This document shows, piece by piece, positions 1-10,800 of a stretch of 52,432 bases of DNA; position 1 is the stretch's first letter, and every line of letters starts with the position of its first letter. The notes under the pieces were generated by a model. That model did no database searches. It was not told the origin of the DNA and saw nothing but the letters and a program-made list of their open reading frames with translations. Source of the stretch: Hydrurus foetidus (Eukaryota); contig UYFQ01000811.1 in the NCBI GenBank assembly GCA_900617105.1, forward strand, positions 1 through 52,432, given 5' to 3'. Both the position numbers and the translations under genes were made by a program.

Positions 1-118
1 CAATAGTTTAGAGGGGGGTGGACAGAACAGTGATTTGCAATTTACACACTCCACAACTGACCACCACACTAAGGAACTTCAGACTGTGAATAATAACGGT
101 CCATTCTAAATGCCTCAC

Positions 119-1051
119 CTTCCATTCTCTAGCACTAGTTTCTTTCTTCTTCTCCCTCTTCTTAATTGCTTTCCGGAGTTTCGTAGTGTCATTCAATGTT
201 TTCTCTCCCGTTGCACTCTTCAGAACATCCGTCCACTGCTCTTGCTTCAGCCTGTTCGCACCAGCAGAACCGGCGCTCTTTAGCTCATCAAGGCGTTGAC
301 GTTTTTTGTCTGCAGTTTCTAACATTCGTTTCAATCTCTTCATTTTTGTGCCAGGTTTTGAGAGACTGTTGTTTTTGTCTTCCGACGCCTTCTTCGCTGT
401 AATTAAACTAAACTGCACATCGCCGAAATCCTCAATTGGGGCTGAGTCGATGTTACTATGATTTGATGGGATATCACCGCTAACTGATTCAGAGAAGTTT
501 TCTTGAATATCCATCTTGGTTTCAGAAAAATCATCTGACTTCGTCGGTTTCCGCTTCACGTGATCATTACGAGCCTTTTTCCTCGCTGCAGTTGATTTGT
601 CATTGTGAGAAATCGGTTCCCTCTCCTTCGTTGACGAGCGCTCGGTTTTTAATCCAAGGATGCGGCGCTGTAAACGTAGGCGTAAGTCATCGAGACTCGA
701 GCTTGAGCTGTTATCATCATTCTGAACTGTCGTGTCCTTCTCGTCGCTGCAAGTAGTTGCCTCGATATGAGAAGTTGCATTATTGGCTTCTTCTTCCTCT
801 ACAATATCAACTTCTTCCATGGCTTCTGTCTCTGAACCCTCATGTGAAGCTGAGTATTTTAATTGTCTCTTTTTACTGCTAGCTATTTTCTTCTCGTCGG
901 CACCTAACGCAACTTTCTTATGTTTATAGTACTTCGATCCATCCTCATCTAAGGCATCACTGGTGCTGGAGTGTTTGTAAAGATCTGTACTGATCATCGA
1001 AATTATTCGAGAGAAAAAAACATCATGACCCTCCACAGAACTTCTCGCCAT
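119..1051 (-). CDS. SURF6: RRP14/SURF6-family nucleolar ribosome-biogenesis protein, exon 1 (gene continues off the left edge)
   Basis: N-terminal 'HDVFFSRIISMISTDLY' resembles the Rrp14 N-domain. C-terminal 'QWTDVLKSATGEKTLNDTTKLRKAIKKREKKKETSAREWK' resembles the SURF6 domain. Donor AAG|GTGAGG at 119/118, so the ORF tail to position 8 is intron read-through. Confidence 0.85.
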
Positions 1052-2402
1052 GATCGAAGGTGATAAGGTTTCCCGCCAAAAGCTGCTTTCTTTATCTATT
1101 GAGGTCGGAGACGACGACTCCCTGCCAGCATGTTCTGGACATCACTACCAAATGCTCTCAGGCACCTTTAGTATACAAACACGTAGAAGTGATCAATATG
1201 GCTGTCTGATGTGTGATAAAACAAAAGCAGAACCAACCAATGGCACAAGCTCACATCTCGAAGTACTGGCGTAATCCGGGTTCCGTATGGGATGATGCCG
1301 CAGTGCCAGGAAGGTGCCTTGACTGCGCTGCGAGTCAACCGTGAATTGAAAATCGATATACTTTTAGATCGAGGGAATGTAAATAGATATGATTCTGTAT
1401 CACACTTTTTGCTGTTGCACTTTCTTAAGAAAAGCGGTATTCCAAGGAAAGAATTCGAAGAGAATGTCGATAAGTTCGATCCGTTACAGAAGCATTACTG
1501 TGAAGTACAATTGTCGTATGATCCCAGATCGGTGAACCGGCGAAAAGGAGTTTGCGACCACTCATTATGATCAGTAACAAGGCGCATACGGTGATCGGTA
1601 GTCTCCCAAGAAAAAAGTGATATTCCGTTTAAAAAAGCGTCTCTGATCCAGAGAAAATCCGGAAAGGCTTAAAGCTTTGCCGTCATGTTCTGTGAGTGTC
1701 ATGAAGATTTACATAAGTGCCATAGGAAGAGATAGAACAGTGACAAAAGGACAAAACTTTTGAAAAATATAATTTACACGTCTAGCGATATTGTCTGGCA
1801 ATACTTCCCCTGCATAGACGAGCCTTTTTTTCCGTCACCAGTAGATCTAGCAAAATGACTCAGACGTAATCACTAGATGACGATCAATTTTGTAGTTTAT
1901 CCCGCGTGAAATCTCAACCCGAACTGTTCCGAGTCTTTAGCTTAAACTGAAAAATGCCTACAGATGGGCTATCGAGAATCTGAAACAATAGAAGAATGGG
2001 ATGAACCACTGGTTTGTTAATTCACTGTAAGAGCAAACTTTCAAGACCTCTCAGAGGATGGGGGGAGCTGCGCAAGCTCGCGTGCCGCAGTGGACTCCAG
2101 GATGGGTTCTCTGGACAGCAGGAGAGATTTTGAATAATGCCGCCGACCCAGAACCCAATGTTACGTTATTGAATGTGCACTTCAAGTCGAATCTAGATCT
2201 CGGCCGGTGACCGCTCGAATTCCATGGTTGTGCCATGCAATGACAAATGTTCATAACCAATAGACAATCTGAACGCAGATGAGATACAAAGATACGACTG
2301 CACAATTTTATAATTGAGTTTTCGCAGTACTCACATAACCGTTTCGAACGATTTTTAGCACAATACTCGTCTAGTATCCAGCACTATATACCGCTGTATA
2401 CC

Positions 2403-3559
2403 ATGAGTGCTTCTGCAGCTACAGAACAGGCAACAACCTCGCTGTTCGCCAGCCTTCTTCCTAACTATTTGGCACTCGAGGGGATCTTACTGGAGACGGC
2501 AGTCCTAGCCAGCACTTTGATACTGGAGTCAACCGCAGATTACGAGCGCCTTCAACTATACAATGTCGCTCTAGTAGTCTCGCCACCAACAGCGTGAATC
2601 ATCTTTCTTCCGTTGCGGCTTCCAGTCATTGGGGAGGCGGTCGACTTCAATTATATTGGAAGCTCCAATCACGCCTTCTTCTTACTGCGTGGGGCTCCGG
2701 GCCAGCATTTTACTTATGCAGCATTTATTGGCTACAGCGGCGGGCCACCTGACACACCCTTGGCACCAGGCTGCCTAGTCAAGGTGCCAACTCCTGGGAT
2801 GTTTCTAGTTGCTATGGGTGATTGGTTGATCACGGCCAACGCAATGATGGCACCGGCCTCTGGATCAGGGAAGCGTTCAAAGAGGCACTGCAGGAGGAGG
2901 TTGGGGTGCAGACGCCAACAGCAACAGGTGAGGTAGCAGTTAAAACCTATCTGGAGGATCCTGACGGGGGTAGAAGGAACTGTAGGGACATGTCAAAGTC
3001 AGCAAGAAGAGAGGTAGAATTGGGTCCGGTCTGGCGGCTCACACTGGGAAGGGAACTTGACATAGCGGGGAGGGGCCACGTACTCCAAGCCAGCGAATAC
3101 CTCCAAGCAATCTGGGCGGCAGCTTTAGATCCGAGCTTGGATACAACGGGGCACTATCAGGATGCACCTCTCATCCTTCATATTGCTGATCTCGCAATTG
3201 CAAAGGACAAGACAGCGCTATCAAAGGACAAGACAGCGGGAGATAATGTGGTACGACAAGACCTTCACTTCCGGACATATATCAAACCGACTCTGAAGCT
3301 GGTACCCACGATGCGTACGGAGAAGGTTGTAACAGCAAAGGCCACGCCGGAGAGTATTTACTCCTACCATATCCTCAAACAGCTCAAGGTCGTCACAGGA
3401 AAAGGCAACCTGATATCATGCTCTAAGGGAAAGGATTGTCCGAACCGGCACCTTCTCCTCTCCAAGCTGTCAGACGCGACCGTGCGAGCAACCATCGATA
3501 GGCTGCCGGATGCACTTCGAGTCATAGCACTGGCACACCTGGATAAGTCCAAGAAGTAG
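2403..3559 (+). pseudogene. gag-like ORF1 of the YR retrotransposon (in-frame TGA at 2595-2597, frameshift near 2850-2870)
   Basis: ORFs 2403-2597 and 2613-2936 share a frame, then shift to 2822-3559. It ends in a C-x5-C-x3-H knuckle (CSKGKDCPNRH) and lies upstream of RT. Short internal duplication KDKTALSKDKTAG at about 3201-3238. Confidence 0.6.
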
Positions 3560-3685
3560 GATAAGGGTGGCACCACTCTGAGGAGGCTACCACTGGGAAA
3601 AGTATGGGATCCAGGTGGAGTGAAGAAGGAGTTGAACTGGACAGCGTCAGGAGAGGCCCTCGAAATAGTCAGAAAGGATACACTG

Positions 3686-4150
3686 GGTAGATCAGAGGCA
3701 GCGACGGCAAGACCATCAGCTGCGGGAGACAGTGCGGGCAGATCTGAGGCAGCGACGGCAAGACCATCAGCTGCGGGAGACAGTGCGGGCAGATCAGAGG
3801 CAGCGACGGCAAGACCATCAGCTGCGGGAGACAGTGCGGGCAGATCTGAGGCAGCGACGGCAAGACCATCAGCTGCAGGAGACAGTGCGGGCAGATCTGA
3901 GGCAGCGACGGCAAGACCATCAGCTGCAGGAGACGGTGCGGGCAGATCTGAGGCAGCGAAGGCAAGACCATCAGCTGCGGGAGACAGTGCGGGCAGATCT
4001 GAGGCAGCGACGGCAAGACCATCAGCTGCAGGAGACAGTGCGGGCAGATCAGAGGCAGCGAAGGCAAGACCATCAGCTGCAGGAGACAGTGCGGGCAGAT
4101 CTGAGGCAGCGACGGCAAGACCATCAGCTGCAAGAGACAGTGCGGGCAGA
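3686..4150 (+). repeat. Tandem repeat, 9 x 51 bp (GRSEAATARPSAAGDSA in the gag/pol frame)
   Basis: Unit ggcagatctgaggcagcgacggcaagaccatcagctgcgggagacagtgcg; 9 near-identical copies plus 6 bp. Confidence 0.97.
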
Positions 4151-4213
4151 CTAGGGGCACTTAAAGAAGTACCGCTAACTGCGCTAGGATCCCAAGACGA
4201 CAGGGACTTGGAT

Positions 4214-6282
4214 ATGCAGATTGAGATCATGGAATGCGCTGCAACGTACTTCCTTGAGGGAGAGATTCCCCCACGACAGACACTTTAGACTACTATTGCA
4301 GAAGCAGTGGAAGCGGCCAGTACCAACTATGGAGTAGCGGATGCTAATGAGTGGGCAAACAACTTCGAGTTCCCTCAAGACGTACTGGATAGCGACCTGC
4401 GCTGCTTTCAGGCTGCTCAGCTGGATTTCGTGACTATGGTGAGAAGGCGACTAAGGTTTCTTAAAGAAATGCGCCTCAACCCAACAAGAATCAATTTGCT
4501 TCAATCGGAGAACCCGGAGCGTAATCTGCTGTTGGACTTAGCAGAAGGAATGCGAGTACCCCTGCCGAAAGGATTTGTTCCCAACGGCAAATCAACTCTG
4601 GCACCTCTGCGGCCATCCTACCTTAAAGTTGCAGATGGTCGCGAGCACTGTCGCGGATAGGCTCGGATTCCTTCTACCCAAGGCCCTAGCCATTCAAACT
4701 ATTCCAAACCTTCACCTTTGTACTGCCCACTGGACTCCCAAGAGGGGAAAGAAATCAGGCCGGCCGATCGGGGATCTCACCTTCGTCGAGGGAGTTGCGT
4801 TGAATTCAGATGAGACTACAGCTGCCTCCGAATTATACTATGGTGTAATCATCCATCCTACAATAGAGGTCATAATTCGAATGATTCTCCGGTTTTGGAA
4901 GCAGAGCAAGGAGCCTAAAACGCAAGAGAACTGGAAACGCCTCAGATTATGGAAGATGGATCTTCGAGGAGCGTATACATTGCTATCATTCCGGCCTGAA
5001 GACGCTGGGCTTTTCGGTATGGAGCTCACGGGTGATCTTATCTATCTACAAATTTGTGGAATCTTTGGCTGGTCGTCGACACCCGCAGCCTTTCAGGTCG
5101 TGACCAGGGCATTAAAATGGGAATTTAAGTCATTACTCCGGAGCTACACCGAGATGTATGTCGATGATGTAATCGGAATATGCTTCGCGGAGGATGTTGC
5201 ATCTGATATAGTAGAAGCTACCAGGATTTGCACAAGTCTAATGGGCCCTTCCGCTGTTGCCTTGGACAAGACAGAATCGGGCACTCGACTCGAGATAATC
5301 GGATACGTCGTCGACTTGGACTCTATGAGGGTATCAATCGCAAGAAAAAATTTCCTCTCAGCTATTCACGGCTACCTCTCCGTAGACCTGTATGGGTCCA
5401 TGAAACTGAAAACGATGCAGAAACTGGCATCCTGGGGAAGCCGTTACGGCCGAATCTGTCGATTAATGACCCTTCTATGGTGCTCTGAATAGGGCAACAG
5501 TAGGGCGCCGCGATCGCCATGCTACATTCACTCTCTCAGAAGAAGCAAGGTGCGCCATCCGCTGCTGGAGAGCGATGCTTTTCCTCGTGGGTTACGATGA
5601 GGCTAAATTTACAAGATCACTGGAGTCCTTCGATAAGAGACCAGCACAATACATTGTTGAATTTGACGCCTCACTGACTGGCGCTGGGATCTTGATTTAC
5701 CAGCGGGTAGACGCGGTGGAGGTATGTGTGGCGGCCACAGCGATGGATCTACGAGGGCTGGACTTTGGCAACGACTCTTCGTACCAAAACACGGCGGAGT
5801 ACGTCGGAGCTATCGTGGGAATACAAGGTCTTTTGAAACTCGGGGTGAGCAACAAAGACATCGAACTGCGAGGTGATAGTCAATCAGCTCTAACCTGGGC
5901 GAGAACTGAAAGACCCAGGGGCAAGGTAGTCACCAATGCTGCCATGGTCTTCACCCTACTGTGCGTGTCTCATGGCATCGAGGCAAAAGAGGCAACCCAT
6001 ATTGGGGGCCAAGCCAACTATCGATGCGATCAGCTCTCGCGCATGGCTGAATCAGGTCTTGCAGTAGCGGACATTCTTGTGGGCATCGGACTGGGAGGAA
6101 TTCGGGATTTAATGTTAGAGAGCGACTGCAGGGCTAGGAAGTTGGTAGAATGCTGTCGACCAGACAGACAATTCAGTTCGGAGGGAGACTTCATATTGTT
6201 TTGGAAAGAGATCAAGAAGACAGTGGGAGCGAGTTTAATCACTAACCCACCCTCCCATCTCTTCCTCCTCCCTCTCAATTAA
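4214..6282 (+). pseudogene. Reverse transcriptase + RNase H (DIRS-type pol), disrupted
   Basis: RT motifs WKMDLRGAY, FGWSSTPAAF, YVDD and LEIIGYVVD. RNase H motifs EFDASLTGAG, QNTAEY, RGDSQSAL and HIGGQANYRCDQLSR. In-frame TAG at 4286-4288; frameshifts near 4635 and 5470. Confidence 0.92.
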
Positions 6283-6323
6283 ATATCTGCATTCCAGGGA
6301 TAGGTCAGAGAATACCCCTGGCA

Positions 6324-7504
6324 ATGACAAACAGTCTCGGGATCTTTCTCAAGTCGTCGGTGACTCGGAAGACGGAGAAAACATACGAAGGACACTGGCG
6401 GCTCTGGTGCAAGTTCCTTGCAGAGGAACTTGGCGAGACGTGTCCCTTTCTGAGGATGTGGCCAGATGAACAAAAATCGATAGCGATTTCGTTGCTACTT
6501 CAAAACCGTCATCAAGGGGGAGCGAGAGAAAGGCAGGCAACAGCAATCACGGCTGGGATCCGTCTGCATTTTACGGCTGCCCTACTCTCGACAGCATTCC
6601 TGGACTCTTCAATGATAACTGCTGCACGAGCAGCATGCCGCCTGACGGTAAAGGAGCTCCGGGAAAAGAAGGATGGACCACCCAGCACTACAACTAAAAT
6701 TCCGATATGCGAAAGCCTCCTCGCAGATCTGCGAAAGAAAATGTGGGCGGGAAGAGGGTGGGACCGAAAGGACCTGGACAGCAGGATGACGTACATTGGG
6801 TGTATGTGGGGATACGAAATGGATGCAAGGGTGTCAGAATATACAAGCCACGAGGTGGATGCAGAGGATCACTGTGTACGATGCCGGGACCTGATCTTTA
6901 CTGTAGTCAATGGATCAGAATCATTTCAGGTCATCGGAGGGGGAGTATTCTTTCAGGAAGTACGACTCGGTACAAGCTCCACATCCTCGGTGGCGGGGTT
7001 CCAGGTGCATGCATGCACCCAAAAGACAGGAACACCTGTAAAGGCAAAGGTGGTGGGCCGGAGATCAACGGAGGATGCGACAGGAAGACTCTGTGGGGAA
7101 AAATGGTTCGGAATGCAGTGAAGGGGATTTGTGAGGATGCTGGGTTACCGCCAGACTATTTTTCGTCGCACTCGCTGAGAAAGGCGGCAACGACCCAAAT
7201 GTGGGCGATGGGAGTGTCGGAGTCAGACATGCTGGACCGAGGTGGGTACGTGGAAGGATCCCAGGTAATTAGGGGAGTGTATGACTATCACTCCGGAGTA
7301 CAAGGCCCATTAGCGTCAAACTCTAATGCTGGCGGTACGAGGCTTACAACTGATGACGTTTGGAGCTGGTTACCACCGCACGCCGCACGTAGCTGGGTGA
7401 GCAGCGACCCCTTCGGAGAGTTTTGGGGGAAGGGGAGGGGCTACTCGACCCCAAATTCCTCATTTCAAATACCCAAACACGCATACGAGTGCGACCAAAT
7501 GTAA
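6324..7504 (+). pseudogene. Tyrosine recombinase of the retrotransposon, frameshifted near 7075
   Basis: Catalytic residues are recognisable: R in 'DARVSEY', K in 'CTQKT', HxxR in 'SSHSLRKAATT', Y in 'RGVYD'. N-terminal 'TEKTYEGHWRLWCKF' resembles the YR core-binding region. Split over two frames. Confidence 0.88.
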
Positions 7505-7862
7505 GCTAAGACAAGGCATATGTAAGGATAAGAGATGCGTACTTACGCGACCAAGACGCACATGAAGGAAGCGAAATCTCCTGGAAAGAGAACTGTCTGC
7601 ACAAGAGAAACGGGGGTAGAAAGTAGAAAATCTATCCATTATAGTGTGACATTGAAAGCTCTATCTGTGACGTCGAAATCTTACAGGCGCTCAGAATATT
7701 AGCTAAAATTTTCAATTTCATAGAGCTCAATTCTGAACTGTTTCAATTTCTTACTGGCATGGGGCATTGGTGAAACCGTCTGACAGTAAGCAGTCGGATT
7801 TTGTGTCTCTGACACCCAATTTTTGCAACACCTTGGCACTTGTCCTGCAAGACTTTCGAATT

Positions 7863-10800
7863 ATGTCATCAGTCTGGGATTACTGTGTTTTCGATGGACC
7901 GACATCAACCTTAATGGACAGTATTGAAAATTTCGCGAAATCTGGCGGAAAAACAGCGTCCGTAGAGATAATCACTCCGTCATCTAGCGGAAGCGCCAAT
8001 CCTGTAAGAACAAAGGACCAGTGGGACGCACAGATAGGCACTGCGAAAGCAGGTGACGATTCTGGAATAGATGGGTTGCAGGAATCACTCGTCAGCTCGG
8101 AAAGCTCTTGCCGATCTTTCATGGGAGAACTTGACAGTCTGCTTTTGACCCTTGGTGATATCTCATCTCTTCACAATGATGTCACTGGTCGCACAAACAG
8201 CCTAATGTTCAACTGTGAAAATTTGCTCGAACAGCAGGTAGGTTTCGCTCGAGATCATCAAGATGTTCTTATATAGAAGCCATTATTTCGTACAGTTTTG
8301 TGGAAAATTTCTTTACTTCTCACTGACATCCGACATTATCCTATATTGTCTGCCACTTGAACCGCAGCATACTTTGCAAGCCACAGTAGATGTTCTGAAG
8401 ACGACGCTAGCCCCCTTTAATGATGTTGAAGGAGTGGCAGGATTATTGGGCATACCGTTTGATGCGAGAGGACAATTGACGCAGGCCAAAGATAGAGGAG
8501 GTGATAAAGGTAGAGCGGAAGCGGAGAAGATGCAGATCGTAGAATCGTTCAGCATCGACCCAAGAGCACCTGAATTCAAGGACGTCCTCCTGCGTCTATC
8601 AACTGCTCTCTCGTCCCTCAAGGGGGTGAATTTCTTAGACAGTGAGAGGTACCACAGATGGTTGGTGCAGCTGCAGTGTCGAGCTGCTAGTCTGGTTGCC
8701 AGGGCTATGAGAGACCTACTCGAAGGAGCTTCAAGCGGATGTGCTGTCATGAAGAAATTGGGGACATTAGACGGGCCAAGGGGAGATAACCACAGCAAGT
8801 CTCAAGTGCGTAACGGATTGAGTGAAGTGCCCTTGGAGTCAACTCCAATTTATGCGAAATTCCGAGGGTTGGGATTTCGTATGCGCGAGCTGAGTGCTCT
8901 ACTAAAAATCGCCACTCCAAGCGAAGAACATTTTGCAGGGAGTCAGGCCGGAGCGAGCAGGATGGTTGGAAATGGTATGTACCAGTCTTCCTCTTCAGCG
9001 CCGAATGGAGATCTCTTCCTACGGTGAGATGACGTCACATGAGATAAGATCATATGTATTAAGGTGTCAGCTGGGTGATATGATATGACGACAGGTGTGA
9101 GATAGCGACATTTGAGATAGGGACTGAGTTAGGCGATGTAGGTGGATCATAGGAGTGAGGTCATAATATTTCAAGGGGTTAATTAGATGGAGTGGGATAC
9201 GGTGCGGCAAGATGAAGTTAGATGTGAGATGGTGTGATGCCAATTGCAGTGGGTTATGATGAGATGTTTTTAGGTCCTGATATAGTATTAGAATATATGA
9301 GGAGATGAAGAAATCCGAGGTAGAAAAGCTCTGCTTGAGAGAAGGCTCTAGAGGACTCTTCTGTATCAAGCCAGTTCTTATGGTACCTCAGAATGCCAAC
9401 CCCCAAAGAATACCAAATTTGAAGTATTCTTTTCGGGGTATACTCGGCTGCCTGAAGAATTGGCCTCCGTCCACAAGAGAGAACATTCGACTGACTGCGA
9501 AGCATTTGAAATGTGTGTCGCACTTATACGTAATCAGTAATTGTCAGTAACTTTCATACCGCACCATCCCAGACTTATCTCCTCTCCTCTCCACTCCTTT
9601 CCTCTTTACTGATCTCTTCTCCTGTCAACTCCTATTCTCTCCGCTCTTCTCTCCACTCCTGTGAATTCGTTTCCTCTCGACTCCTCTACACTCCACTTCT
9701 CGATGCCATGTCAGATCGGAACAGGACGTTATGCAGGAGGTGAAGCAGAGCTATATCACACTGCGCACTCAGCTGCTGCTCCCCTTCGTCATGGAATCTT
9801 GCTCTGTCACAGGTCCAGGATCCGGAACATCCACACCAACTCAGGTGTGGTAAAATGGAATCGAATTATTATATTTGATGATATTAAGATGCCCCCTACT
9901 GCACAATTAATCCTCATCCGCTTGACTGGCATCGTTGAGTACGACACTGCCGTAATGTCTATGGTCGGTAGTATCTTCAAAACGCAACCATCACATCACA
10001 TCCCACTCACATGTATCTCTGCAATGCAATGCGTGTGACTATCACTACAGGCTCTGAGCTTGATCCCCGCTGCCCCTCTGTGCCCCACCATACGACACGC
10101 CTACTCCACTCTACTTAGAGTAGCGCAGATGGAGGTGCAGCTCTTCGACTCCCTCTTCAGGGTACCCGATCTAGATAGTCCCAGTACTGCTACAGCTGCT
10201 AGTGGTGCTAACGGTGGTGGTAGTGTAGGGGAGAAAAGCAGTGCGCCTGTGAAGAAGCCTGTGGTGAGCGTAGAGGTGGTGAGCATCATTGAAAGCGCGT
10301 GCAACGCAACAGGTCAGTGCAATATAGATACATCGCATCTCTTCTCTATAAAGGGGGCGTTGGTTCGAACGCGATATATAGTAGGTAGTGAAACTAACAA
10401 TCTTTTGAGTGTGCAAAGAATGATCGGCATCACGAACACACAAATAGAAATAAAAAGTATAGAAGATGAGGTAGAAGATGGTGAACTACTGTGGTGTGGT
10501 ATGGTACGGTGCAACTACGTCGTTTAGGGAGTACGTGATGAACCAACCGGACCCAGCTCACATCGCAGTGCAAAATATTCTCACTCCTCCATGTGATGTT
10601 TTCAATACTATCTGCAACTTCTTATATTCTTTCCTCTTTTCCTCCATTTCATTCTTTTTTGCCCTCTTCTTCCCCTTCCTTCTATTCCGTCTCTTCATCC
10701 CCTATTTTCCTATCTCTCTCTTCCTCCCTTTGTCCCCTAACTTCTTTCTCCCTATTTTCTTTTTCCTTTTTTTCTTCTTTTTCAGGGGACTATTTGCGAC

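Larger units (their letters stand above)
2403..7504 (+). mobile_element. Degenerate tyrosine-recombinase (DIRS-order, Ngaro-like) retrotransposon; termini not defined
   Basis: Co-oriented gag-like, RT, RNase H and YR coding segments with several stops and frameshifts. No DDE integrase and no methyltransferase domain seen. Confidence 0.9.

Noticed and set aside
3686..4150. CRISPR-like array
   Set aside because: Units are contiguous with no unique spacers, there are no cas genes, and the context is eukaryotic.
3364..4230. Antisense and alternative-frame ORFs over the repeat
   Set aside because: By-products of a stop-free repeat unit.
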